Origin: Gordius albopunctatus
Lineage: Eukaryota
Direction of reading: 5' to 3'
Assembly (NCBI GenBank): GCA_964276515.1
Contig: OZ193910.1
Span: 2,170,001-2,234,000, forward strand
Length of the DNA stretch: 64,000 bases
Position numbers and translations under genes: made by a program. Shown here piece after piece: positions 51,401-64,000 of the stretch (positions are counted from its first letter, which is position 1; every line of letters begins with the position of its first letter). The notes beneath the pieces were generated by a model, which saw nothing but the letters and a program-made list of their open reading frames with translations, was not told the DNA's origin and made no database searches.

Positions 51401-54400
51401 TGCCTTTTGTTTACACAAACCCGAACCGTCAGGGTTGAGGGTCGGTATTTGAGTAAATATTTTAGGTGGGCGGAGTAAATCAAAATCATTTTCTTTATTG
51501 ACACAACTAAGTAGTAAGGAAAGTAGGGGGGGAAGAGGGATTAACTAAGCAACTTAGGAATTTCGAAAATCCCAAATATAAAAAGCAACCCAAAAATTAA
51601 TTTGCGACAAAAAAAACGACGTAATTGACGCGTTGAGAAGACAAAGATTTAACCTTGAACAAGTCGGGCACACACGTTATTCGATGGATTAGGGTGATAG
51701 TAAGATAATGAACTTTGTAATGTCAACATCGATATTATAGTATATAGACAAAAAGTCTTAAAACTAATATTTATTAAAAATAACAGTAAAAGGCGTTTTA
51801 AATTGGTCTAGGCTAGGACATAGAATAACTGTTTACAAAAAATACGAAACTAGGGTTAAGGAGGACTAACACTTTCTCAATTTACAAAAAATCCCAACTT
51901 AGTGCAAGCAAGCAATCAATTTAAGGGTTGTTAAAAACGTTGGTTCACCTTTCGTTTCAACTGACTAAACATAAACAGATAAAGTTTTTGGTCTTTTTTT
52001 CTTGGTCGAGGCCCCAGGCTTAGTCGAAATTTGGAAAAGAGACCAGAGTCGTTCGTTAGTCCCCCAGCCGTCTTTACAACACTAGTTGAGGTAATCATAG
52101 AAATCAAACCTATCCAAGAACTGGAATATAGATTGAGATAATTCTAATTAGCACCTGACATACAATAAAGTTAGTTACTACAAGGCTAGACAGACACAAT
52201 ACAAATTATGTTTCTTGAGGCACCATCCCCCCCTCGTGACTTCAATTCATATCGCCACGCTCTGTCAAGCCAAATGAAGCAGCGGCTCACATCTTTTTGG
52301 GATTTAACTCTAAATTTAAAAGACCTAATAAAAGTGGAACTCTCTGGCGTAGAGCTATATTTTTGCGAAAAATAAGTGACACCGACAAAAATACAGTCAA
52401 GGACGAAAAGATAGGTCGAGATAAGGTGCAGATATTTTTGATATGGGTTTTTCGGTCAAACCCTTTGGTCTGTCCGCTTTTAAGTACATTTTTTCCAAAA
52501 ACCAAAATTTTTAATATTTTACTCGATATTTTCATTTTCGCCGTTGTATTGCGAATCCAGAGCGGTTCCTGCTGCGCTGCTATTCAAACTAGAGGGCCCG
52601 CTAAGATTATTTGCCCCATCTACACAATCGATCATTGATTTATCGATATAAGCGATTGATTTATCCAAAATTTCGAAGGGATTCCAAGCTAAAATAAACG
52701 TAACTTTTCATGCAAAAAATAACGTTTTTTCGCCGTGAGTTTTAAAGAAATAACCTAAAATGCTTTTAGTCTGTGATAAGTGGGGGTTTAAACCTAAAAA
52801 AGTACATTAAAAAGTCAAAATTAAGAAATTTACCAATTTTTTATGCGAAAAATATTCAAAAAAGTCATTTTATAGTCATACTTTTGTCGACGGGACTACT
52901 TGAACGGGCTGTGGGTTCGGTATACTGGCTAGCGGTTATAGATGGAGAAGATAAGGGAAAAGGGGTATGCATAGTATTAACATTAGCGGGGCAGGAATAG
53001 CTAGTAGTAGTGGTCGCTAAATTCGCTGAATTTTCTGTGTGACATTTTGCGTCTGCCAACAAAGCTAAAGAAAAAGTATGGTATAATAAATTGAATCAGA
53101 ATGAAAGCATCAAAAACTAGGATTTCCAAATATTAAATAAGTGAAAATTGCAGTTTTTTATTGTTTAAATGTTTTGTATACCTCCAAAAAATACAGAATT
53201 TAAAATGAAAACATGCGAAAGATAGAAGGAAATTTTGATGAATTTTCAAACTAAAAGTTACAGGTGTCTGATAGCACTCTCCTAAACTCATATTCAATTG
53301 CAGGCGTATGTACGGCCACGGGTGGCGAGCATATCGTGATTTCTCGATCGGGCTAAATATAACAAAAAATTGTTAAACTCTTAATTTTTAATTTATTAAT
53401 TGAAAATGTACTAGCACTTATAATTTTTCTAAAGCCTTTTTCATTATTATTAGTCTTTTTAAGTTAATCACCTTTAAGATTATGATAGCGCTCAAAGATT
53501 TATATTATATATATCTTAGATGTTGATCAATTGGGGTCAATATGACCCCTGCTTTATCTATTAATGTTGTAAAAACGGATCGGTTTCGCTTGGCAGACCT
53601 TTGGTTTTACTAAGAGTAACGCTCGCTTCCGCTCTGTTTTTCATCCTTTGACCGAGGTTGACCAAAGGGAAACCGACCAAATTAGTGGCCTAAAACCTGA
53701 GGTCGATCAATCAGAATCCAGCCGTTTTTACAACACCATCATCCACACAAACTAAAGTCTTTGAAAAACTAAGTGAGTTAGTTGGTTCGTGATTTGAATG
53801 CGCGCATTAAATATAACATACCGGGGCAGGAGGGGGCATGTGGGGTCCTTTTTCCGAGCAAGGGCTAAGTCGAAGGGCCATGCGTTGTGATAGAGCTAGC
53901 TTAATTTGCTCGTTAATCTCGTCCAAGGAGAAGTTTTGTGGTCTAACGCGATAACAAGGACCCACATTAGACTCCGCACTACAGCCAGGCTCTTCGTGGA
54001 CGGTAATTAGGCAATCTAGGTGGTGCATGCGAAATAGTGAAGAAAACCATGAGAATGGGGTTTAAATGACCCCAGACACAGTTAAGGACCATATCTTATA
54101 AAAACAAAATTTTCACAAATTTCTAATCACATCACCGTATGTTCCTTCACAAAAGACGTATTTTAAAAATTGTGAAAAACATATGACCCCAGCAGATACA
54201 GTTAAAGACCACATCTTATAAAAAGTCTTATTCCAGAAAAATCCCAAATTAAATCTCTAAATTTAAAATTTTTGGAAAAGTTTGACTATCTAAACACACC
54301 TTAATGCTTAATAAATATATATTAGATAGCTAAAGTAACAGATGAAATAGAGGCGACGTGGGCGTAGCTAGGGGGGCAGGCAGGGGCGGCTATCCTCCTC

Positions 54401-57400
54401 TAAATCCAAAAATTTGTTGAGATTCCCCCCCCCCCCAATGCCAAATGCAAGTTGACACATATTATTAACCGTAACATAATTTCTCCTCACTTTGACATTG
54501 CAACGCGGGTTTGTTAACCATGGAACGAGAGCAAGATGTGCACGAGACCGATTCTAAGCTACAGCACATGGGGAAGAAACGGTGAAGATCCGAATTTGAA
54601 TCTCCGTGGAAGCCTTCTTGGACTTCTGTCGAAAGGGAATTCGCGTTTATTTCCTCGACTTGTTCGGGCAGGGAAAGCATACAACCACCCTTTCCATTGC
54701 TATTCATATTGTGATTAACTTCCATGGCGTCCTGCATTACCCTGGGTTGGCTGGGTGACGTATTGCCTGCGAGCACCTACAATGCAACGCGCGCACACAC
54801 AAATCAATGTAGAAGACATATCGAAATTGCGAATTTTTGTTTGATTCCTCGTTTTTGGTTGTCCGTCCATCCTGTCCAACTTGTAATATTTTAATAATTG
54901 CCGTCGAAACTTATACGGGTTTTTGATGGCCGTGATTTGTGGCCCGACATATAAACCAAAGGGTTGTACGGGGTAGCTCCAACCAAGTGAGACAAAATTG
55001 CAGAGTTGAACTTTACATCTGTAGGGAAACTACTAAACTTATACCCAATGTTTTTGGCTTCTTAAAAAACTTACACTTATATAAGCTTTTTTTTGATATA
55101 TCTCAAGTTCATTTTGTAGATTTAGATATAGGCTAGAACCTTATGAAATTTCAAAATTCCATCATTTTGTAAAGGAAATTTTGCGTGTTGTATTGTAAAC
55201 AATTTTAGTAGCCCTTTTCTACAGCCCCTTCTCAATGTGCAATCTCAAAGCAATTTTATCATAAAGACGCTCCACGTTAAAAATAAGCCATCGTGATTCC
55301 ATTGCCAACTTAGGGTAAAACACAGGATTCACGAATAAAGTTAATGGCGGAAAAAGTAATAATATTCATGAAAACTCGGAGAAAAAGCTAACCGTTTTTT
55401 TGCGGTAACTTCCGACGCGAAATATTTTGTTGGAAGTTTTTTTGCACTTTTTAGAGGCACCTCTGAGGAAGGTTTGTTGCGGGTGAGGATTGCTATTATG
55501 TTCTTTAGCCAAATTTTGTGAATCCCGTGTCGCCGCGACGCAATTAAATTCCGTCGCGCTTCTGTCGCCAGAGGCTTGACTAAAGTTAAATGACTTCAGC
55601 GATGGGATAATCTTGCATCTATTGCTATGTTTCCTATCATGGTGCCATACGTTATTAATATTAATATGAAGAAAAATTTATCCTAAATACGATATATATA
55701 AAATTCCCTAATTACACTTCTTTTAATAAATAATGCTATATTATGGCAAACAAAATCAAATTTTAAGAGCCATGGAAACTGTAAAATTTATAAATATTAT
55801 TTTTAACTTTGAAGCCAAATAGATTTAGTTAAAAAATCGCTGCGAACCCCACATAAATATAAACGTGGAATTAAGTATTATGTGTAAAATTGAAAAATAC
55901 ATTTGGAAAAGCATAAATTTTAGGTGGTAATAATCAAACAAAAAACGGACTTTTCTTTAATACTGTTGCTGATCGGCCCTACGATGTGTGTCAGGAGGCC
56001 TGGATTGCTCGTAATACTCGAATTATTATCTATAACACATTTCGAAGACAAAATATATCAATGAAACACGTTTAAAAAACTTGATAAAACTTTGCATAAA
56101 TTTTTACAAAAATACTTTCTAGGGTTGAAACAAATTTGCAGTCCACATAAGTTTAACCAATGATCCTCGCGAAAGTATAATTAAGGTGCCAGGGCTAAAA
56201 TTTTACGAGCGACAATTTCAAGAAAGCAATAGTTTTAAATTTTCACAATTATCTTAATTAAAATTTTTAAGACACTACTTGCGCTCGTCAACTAACCTAA
56301 ACTCATCTAAAAAAGGGTAAAAACACCTAGTTCTCTTATTAAATTTAAACGAGGCAAAAGTCCAAACACTACATACATTCTCATTTAGTAAAGTGATTGG
56401 TCTGTTTTTTATTAGTCGACCAATTAGGCTTAGTCGAAATTTGAAAAGAAAACCCGGAACCCCTTTTACACCACTAATTTGTATTCACGCACAAAATATT
56501 TAAAAAAAATATTATAAAATCGTTCATAATATTCACAAAATCAATCGATAATTTTCCAATAAATTTACGATTGCAAATTTTGTGGGGTATTTCTAGCGTA
56601 TTTTCACTCTCTCGCCCTAAACCCTGGTCCAGTTCTTGGTTTTTCGTGTCAGCATGAATAGCGTTGCAAGAGATGGATGTGACCAATTTTTCACCCTTCG
56701 CAAACCTTTTCTTCTACGCGCCAAAAAATATATGGAGAGATTTACACTAAAATGTATATTTATTTCCATTTTTAAAGAAGTTTTTACACTTTTAACCAAT
56801 TGAAACGACGACTGCCCCCCCTCTAATTCCAACACTGGCTATGCCTATGCGTTTAATGATAAAATAATGTAATTTTCTTCACCAATTTGGTCTACTAAAA
56901 CTAAATCAACCTTAATAACTAATAGAAATCGAAAATTAAAATGAAATTGGAATTGAAAAATCAAAGGTCAAAACTTGCTAAAAATAAATTGAATTTCGTT
57001 TTTCAGTCAGACACGTAAGGGGGGGGGGCACAGCTCTCACTAGGGGAAATTTTAATTCATTTTGCCAAGTCTTAAAATCATAAGGAATTCAATTTAACTA
57101 AGCGACGATCCTAATGTTTTCCAAAAATTCCCACAGACGGGTGTTGTCAAATCCTTTACCAATATATAAAAAAGATTGCCTTAAAAAATTATAGACTATT
57201 TCCTTGAAAAACCTAAAAATATAATAAATAAATAAATAGAGGATATCAAAAAATTTACGGGATGTATATGAGAGCTATTGCCACCATTCAGGTGTTGGGA
57301 AGGAGTTTTGGAAGATTCAACAGGGGGGACCACGTTGTTTTGCTGTGATCCCGAAGCTATTTCCCTCACGTTAGACAAGAATAAATTTTCGCACACGGCT

Positions 57401-58710
57401 AAGGCTTTGTCGATGCGAGACCGAAATTTGGTGGCGAAACCGTTTAGTGCCTGCAATTCAGGTGGACCAGAACCCATTTTACTTGAATTTTAATATGAAA
57501 ATTGCATATAATTTCATTGTAAAAAACACATAAACTTAGCTAAAATAACTATTTATTTAGGTATTGATTATATTAAAAAAAATTTTAATCCTAATTATAG
57601 AAAAATGCAAGATAGAGGAATACATAATTTTAGCCCAAAAAATAAATAATGACCACTGTTTAAATAATTTATACACTTACTTTTAAATAGTTTGTTAAAG
57701 TCCAAAATTTTTTGCACCTAAATACTTGCATCTTATTTTATCTAATAATAATTTTTAACGTAAGTAAAGCTGGAAGGTTATAAAAATGAATTAGACATTT
57801 TTTCTGGTCGGAATCATTGATCTTTGAAAAACTTTTTGGAACTGAAAACCTCATATTTTCAACCTAAATGATAAAATTGACATTTAGCGGAAAAATCCGG
57901 ACATAAAAACTTAATGGTCAAGTGTCATCACTTGTACGGTTGTCTGTTTATTTAAAAAGCTTTCGGCAAGGGGCAGAGGGGCAAAGGGGGGCCAAGTTAA
58001 AATGCTATAAATAACAGCACTAAGTGTGTGGTAATTGTTAATATTTGGAGCCACTCTAAAATACTTACCATAAAATATTAATGGGTCCACTGCGCAAATG
58101 CCGGTTGTTAATTTTTTTCTCTGATACTTTCAGCCAAAATTGCTCAAGTTATGGCCAGTGTCACGCTTAATGGTCAGTAGGCTGTTCAGATCCTCAATGA
58201 CCTAGTTGACGATTGTTTTAGCGCATAACTCGCCCCCCCGGTTCATTATAATCACTTTTGCAATAACGATTTACTTTTTAAACTAGGAAAAATCTCAACA
58301 TTTTTACGATCTCTAAATGTAGAATATAATCTGTTTTTTCCACATTACATAAGCTATGTAAAACTTTTCAAGATTTTGAAATAATCTTTTGCATATAATA
58401 TAACTAATACTAGGGTAGGATTTTATATATCTAAATTGCTTGAAACTACTTGTCCAGCTAAACAAGATACCGGCAACAGAATGAGTTATATAAAAAATCA
58501 AATAAAAATATACACTCGTCCTTAAATAAATAAATGCAATAAATAAACAAATCACCTTTGTTGAATTTTGTAGAGATTTGGGGTCGATATAGAGAAGCGG
58601 GTCAAGGCGGCAAGAGCGGTTTCGCCGTGTAGTAATGAAAATTGTTCAACGTCCTTCAGAGTATTAGTTGAAGGGTTCCAACTTTTTATTCTTTGCCCGG
58701 AACCTGACAT
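39405..58710 (-). CDS. Lbc-family RhoGEF (ARHGEF18/ARHGEF28/AKAP13-like, cf. Drosophila cysts): C1, DH, PH, coiled coil; about 20 exons
   Basis: C1-like CTSC...LQCQ/CLITVH...C (54490, 54010); DH KKQDIIHELILTE (about 50450-50490), LIFPRISNL..IGDILVEQ, IPECILAVTQRITKYP; PH KKLLVREKA; coiled coil about 41390-41660; ends IYYF. The 5' ATG at 58710 is inferred from a phase-compatible splice to 57481. Confidence 0.88.
51922..52084. mobile_element. MITE of the TAGTGTTGTAAAA family (intronic)
   Basis: GGGTTGTTAAAAACG...CGTCTTTACAACACTA; relatives at about 49843, 53562-53738, 56400-56476 and 63286-63417. Confidence 0.65.
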
Positions 58711-59566
58711 ATTACGGGTTTTTGTGCGAACAAAATTTTAGAATTTTAGCAGCGATTCAGTATTTTCAAGATGAAACTTCCCATAACCATACAATCACCG
58801 ACGATTTGTGCCTCTCTGTATAAACAATAGTGAAAAAAAAATATATATATATATATATTTCCTTAAAAAAACTTAAAATAAGGCGAAAAATAATAGTTTA
58901 TCTGCTAAAAGTGGTAGTCCTCTTTATATTTCACACATATATAAATTAAAATTTAACTAATTCAAAATGTGTGTAGCTACCAGCATTGGAATTAGATTGG
59001 GGGGGAAGGCAATTTGGATTTAAGGAGGGGCAAAATGATCATTTTTTGAAATTTTAGCCACAATTTTAATAAATTTTAACAAAATTTTGGATTTAGAGGG
59101 GTACAGCCGTCACCCCTCCTTTAGATACGCCCATATTAACGAGAACTTAATTAAGATAATGATTTATATATATCTAATTATAAAATCACGCTGATTATTC
59201 GCTGCGAAAAGATCAACTATTTGAGATATAAATTATTAGATATCGATGATGCAACGTTCACAAATAATCTTATTTTCATTAAGATGGACAGTTGAGTGTT
59301 GAGATTAAAAACTTCAAGGTCGCGCATTCCCATTTATCCACACGCAAAAAAAAACAAGTTCGGCTCGCGCCATTTAAATGGAATTTCAAAATACATATTG
59401 CGACAGTTTTTATGTTTAGACTTTAGGCGGCAATAATGGAATCTTCAAAAATTTAGACGAAACTGCAAAATATGGAAAAGTGTGTGAAAAAATAAAAATT
59501 TGTGCTCTTAAATTGCCCGCTGCCTGCCCAACAATTTAAATACATGAAATATTGATGCGTGTTTCC

Positions 59567-59771
59567 TAGAGTTGTTAAATTGCTAACTTTCTTAAACTCC
59601 AGCTACCATCTGCTCGAGTTCCTGCTCGGCCCTCGAGCATTTTTTTATGCTACTGCTCTGCCTAGTGCACCAAACAGCGAGCACATATTGTGCTAACGCG
59701 CATATTAAGCAACTCAATGTGTGCGTGCTCGCGTCTGAAGTTTAAAGAAAGTTAGCAATTTAACAACTCTA
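59567..59771. mobile_element. hAT-type MITE
   Basis: TIR TAGAGTTGTTAAATTGCTAACTTTCTT; perfect 8-bp TSD GTGTTTCC. Confidence 0.92.
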
Positions 59772-60015
59772 GTGTTTCCAACGTGTAAATCAATATCGTA
59801 CGCGCGTAGTTCATCACGAAATTATCCATTTAACATAGACTATCGTGGATTGGTAAAAGTAACCGTTTTCACGGCACTAATAGATTATCGTCATCCGGGG
59901 TCCCCCTCACATTTTTGCGGTCAAATTAAGGGACAAAATTTGAATCCAATATTTTTTTGGGGGGAAGATTGAAACTATCCAACAATTACGTGGTAATATT
60001 TAAGGATGGGCCCGA

Positions 60016-60229
60016 CGCAGAAAAGTAAAGTCCGCTGCGGATCTCTCTGACGTAGAAGAGTTCACTTTGCCACGCTGCTCCCCCGTGAAAAAGTTCAAAC
60101 CCTTTCGCAACCGTAGCTAGCAGCCGCAGAGAAGTAGAGTCCGCTGCGGATCTCTCTGACGTAGAAGAGTTCACTTTGCCACGCTGCTCCCCCGTGAAAA
60201 AGTTCAAACCCTTTCGCAACCGTATCTAG
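60016..60229. repeat. Tandem duplication, period 109 bp
   Basis: Two near-identical copies starting at 60016 and 60125. Confidence 0.95.
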
Positions 60230-62891
60230 GTAGGTAGCTAGCTGCAAAGAAAATTGTGTGCGACAATTGTCGTGTGGAAAAAAGAAAGACCACTTTGCAT
60301 TTAACCTACTATTATATGAATCCATCGACTAAAGTCTCCATCTATGACTCCTACCACCACCGACTATAATATACTGACTGATGCGATGATAGGAGGAGGA
60401 CGGACTTCTTTACTCAAATTATCATATTAGAAGAGAAGGGTTAAAGGCACTTTTACTTTGGAAATCGGGGGCGGGGGCAAATACAGGAACGAGTTGGGGG
60501 ATTCAGGAAGGAATGTTGATGATGTGCCTCATCTGATTCACCACTTACCACTAAGGAACGCCAAAGGCAATAAATAGTTTAGGTAGGAGCGTATCGATAA
60601 AAATTAATAAATTAAATTATTATCAAATAATAATTTAATTTAATTTAATTTAAGCGAGGAGAGAAGGCTTTTATGAGAAGGAGAATACACTTGGGAGAGT
60701 AGTTGGGGGGTGGCGGCTTTAAATCCAAAAATTTGCTGAGATTTATTAAAATTATGATTAAAATTGCACAAAATGTTCATTTTGCCCCGCCCCCCCCTAA
60801 TATCAATGCTGGCTACCCGCACGGTAATACACCCGTTAAAGCCATTATCATAAGTTGGTATAAAATTTAGCGAGCAAATCATATATAATTTTAAATGGGA
60901 GAAGGTGAACTAAAAAACTGATTTTCGATCAAGCTTTTAAACAGCTGTTGGACCGTGCAGAGGTCATTTAACCGCTAAAAAAGTTTTAATTTTCCCACCC
61001 AAAATCGGTGGTAAAATTGAGCTGGTTGCCCAAAAAATACTTTGTTGTAACTAGATGCAATTTAATCGATGAAACAAGATTCATAAAATTAGCTGGAGTG
61101 GCGCCCCAAGGTCTTTTCTCTCGGTGTGAAGTGAATCATCCAGTCGATAAATATCAAATTACACCACTGTAAAATTCGGAAATCCAGAAAATAGGGGAAA
61201 ATTGCTAGCGACCTAATGAACAATTTAGCATTTATCTTAAAACTACGAAATCGCTCTACTTTATCAATCGACGCTCACAATAAAAACCCCAAATTTTTTT
61301 AAAACCGCTAAAATATGATGTTAAGAGAGCGGAAAAAATTATAATTTTTCTAAATTTCACTCATATATCCTTAAAAAACGAATTTTTTCTTCCCTAGCTA
61401 AAACCACGCTTTTAAAACACCCATTTAACTCATATACATGACCACAACGCTGGGCAAATTATTACAGGAATGCGTGGGGGAGGGGGCAAAGCGAGGCCAA
61501 AATTTCTTACATTTTAAAAATTTTTCGAACCATTTCGAGCTTAAATAAACATTTTACATCATACAACCACCACAACATAACTTATACCTATCTCGAAAAC
61601 AAAAAAATTATAAATATCAATAAAAAGTCAAGTTGAAAACAAAATTCACAAACGCGCTAACTAGACGTTGCGAAAAATTATAAACATGGGGCATATTGGG
61701 AAAATTAATAGGGCCGCCCATTCCACGTAGAGTAGTAAAAAAATGCTCCAATAAGATTTATTTTTACCATGTATATTCTTTATAAATTAGCGAGTTGATA
61801 GAAACCAACGTCATCTGTTTTTTTAATAATTGATTATACCGCCATCTATATATATTTTTTGTAAAAATGAAATTTATCAAATTCTTGACCATCTCGTAGT
61901 CGGTCCCAAACTTTTTATCATTGAAGTATAATAATGGATCATACAGGAGTCCAGGGTAGATCTGGTAATTTCATGCGGGGTCTAAATAAGTTTTATGATT
62001 TTTTACTAATTCGATCCGCAAAAAATTAATCGCAAGATTTTGAGGTTTTTTACTAGCATTATTTCGACAGAGAATCTTTTCAGGGACGAAATTCACCAAA
62101 AGTCAAGTAGATAGTGCCCATACTTTCAAAAATATGAGAAATGTAGTAGTCGCATATTTCGAGTAAGACCTCTCTCAAAATCTTCACTGAATCGTGAACA
62201 ATCTTCTAAACAATTCGAAGGTTCCGGCCCGGTCAGATGAATCATATTTGCGGAAAATTGTTTAGCCGATTACTTCATTATCCGATGTATAATAGCAACA
62301 AAACAACCTAGAGGGGTTGCGCGAAGCAATTTTTTTACTAATATCCGTCGGGCACGAAGACAATAATGGAATTTGGGGTGGGGCGAGGTGGAAAAAGTAG
62401 AGCCAAGCCAGCGGCCACGAGCTAGCCTATATGCGAAGGCTGAACGAAAGTCTTTCACAGGCGCACACAAGTCCGCAGCCATTCACAGCCTGCATAAGTT
62501 TCGACGGCAATTATAATTGGAAAATTACAGTTTGTAGAGGAGGGAGAGGCAGGCAGGAGAACCAAAAGTGAGCCCATAAATTGGATGTATAGCAATTAAA
62601 AGTCGATAAAAGGCGCCCGGGCGTGATTTTGGTCCCTTGAACCTGCACAACTTTAAAAGGATTGGCCCGAAACGGCTAAAATTTTTAGAAATTGCTATGA
62701 TACATTAGGCCTTCACCCTCAACAAAAAGTTTCCAAATGTGAGATGGTCGATCGAAAACGTTTCGATTTGTAATGGAATGGCTCAATAAGTGCAAAAAAT
62801 AAGATTTAAGTTCACTTTAAATTTAGCAATAAAAACTATAAATATTTATTTTAATAACAAAATTAATTTTCCATTTAATCATAGGTATATA

Positions 62892-63223
62892 CAGTCAAAA
62901 CCGTTTAATTGCAAAGTCTTGGCCCTGATTTTTTTCGCGATTAACCGATATTTCGCGATTAAACGATGGAAATAAAAGTATATGTACATTATATTAAATA
63001 TTCCATTCTTACGCTTCGCAATAAAACGATATTTTATATAATTATCTGGTTGATTTAAGGACTCGAAAATGTTTGTGAATATCCGATATTGTATTATTAA
63101 GCGATTTGTCAATAAACGATGTTTTTGTTAATATTATCGTTTGCAAAAAAACAAAATGGCGGTAAACTTCGCGATTAAAAGATTTTCGTGATAATCCGAT
63201 TTGCGATTAAGAAGTTTCGACTG
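62892..63223. mobile_element. Tc1/pogo-type MITE
   Basis: TA|CAGTCAAAAC...GTTTCGACTG|TA; internal TTCGCGATTAA repeats. Confidence 0.8.
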
Positions 63224-63285
63224 TAGATGAAATAGTGTGCTAAAAAGTACAAAGTTTATGATGACATAGTACAGTTTGTCTCACC

Positions 63286-63417
63286 TAGTGTTGTGAAAAG
63301 GGCCGAGCTTTCTTCGGTTTTTGGACTAAGTTTAGAGAGGTCGACTGAGAAAAAGTGACCAAAAGCCTTTGGTCTCGTTAAGTCGACTAAACCCCAAGCT
63401 ACCCTTTTAAAACACTA
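63286..63417. mobile_element. MITE (TAGTGTTGT family) seeding the tandem array
   Basis: TAGTGTTGTGAAAAGGG / CCCTTTTAAAACACTA TIRs; imperfect 8-bp TSD GTCTCACC/CTCTCATC. Confidence 0.75.
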
Positions 63418-64000
63418 CTCTCATCTCTACGTGACTTCTTCTAATTAACACTAAAACTAAATGTACCTATACTACTACGTCTACACTTTCTACACACCGG
63501 GTGCTGGGGCCGAGCTTTCTTCGGTTTTTGGACTAAGTTTAGAGAGGTCGACTGAGAAAAAGTGACCAAAAGCCTTTGGTCTCGTTAAGTCGACTAAACC
63601 CCAAGCTACCCTTTTAAAACACTACTCTCATCTCTACGTGACTTCTTCTAATTAACACTAAAACTAAATGTACCTATACTACTACGTCTACACTTTCTAC
63701 ACACCGGGTGCTGGGGCCGAGCTTTCTTCGGTTTTTGGACTAAGTTTAGAGAGGTCGACTGAGAAAAAGTGACCAAAAGCCTTTGGTCTCGTTAAGTCGA
63801 CTAAACCCCAAGCTACCCTTTTAAAACACTACTCTCATCTCTACGTGACTTCTTCTAATTAACACTAAAACTAAATGTACCTATACTACTACGTCTACAC
63901 TTTCTACACACCGGGTGCTGGGGCCGAGCTTTCTTCGGTTTTTGGACTAAGTTTAGAGAGGTCGACTGAGAAAAAGTGACCAAAAGCCTTTGGTCTCGTT
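63300..64000. repeat. 207-bp tandem array, at least 3.4 units, running off the window
   Basis: GGCCGAGCTTTC recurs at 63301, 63508, 63715 and 63922; units look identical by eye. Confidence 0.97.

Noticed and set aside
63300..64000. CRISPR array or retrozyme
   Set aside because: No variable spacers, eukaryotic context, and no CUGANGA/GAAA core on either strand.

Overview
AT-rich animal (invertebrate) nuclear DNA with spliceosomal introns; the species cannot be determined from the sequence alone. Five host genes are recognisable: WDR74/Nsa1 (+, 3338-4873), YY1/pleiohomeotic (+, 21986-24022), a single-exon TMEM121/CECR6-like gene (-, 28301-29218), RNF11 (+, 36504-37101) and a long multi-exon Lbc-family RhoGEF like ARHGEF18/cysts (-, about 39405-58710). 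The rest is dense with transposon debris. It includes a three-level nest (non-autonomous Helitron > Ty3/Gypsy > full-length RTE LINE, junctions readable), a second nest (CRE-type retroelement > MITE > Helitron), several CRE-type RLE remnants, truncated RTEs, a candidate tRNA/RTE SINE and many 8-bp-TSD hAT-type MITEs. A 207-bp tandem array born from a MITE plus its flank ends the window. I found no convincing new protein system. The most interesting signals are 36-42 nt introns that appear to skip closer AGs, CpG-poor versus CpG-rich gene compartments, a covarying RTE/SINE 3' stem-loop, loss of the RNF11 PPxY motif and the nascent satellite. All calls are by eye, exon structures are inferred, and boundaries of degraded elements are approximate.
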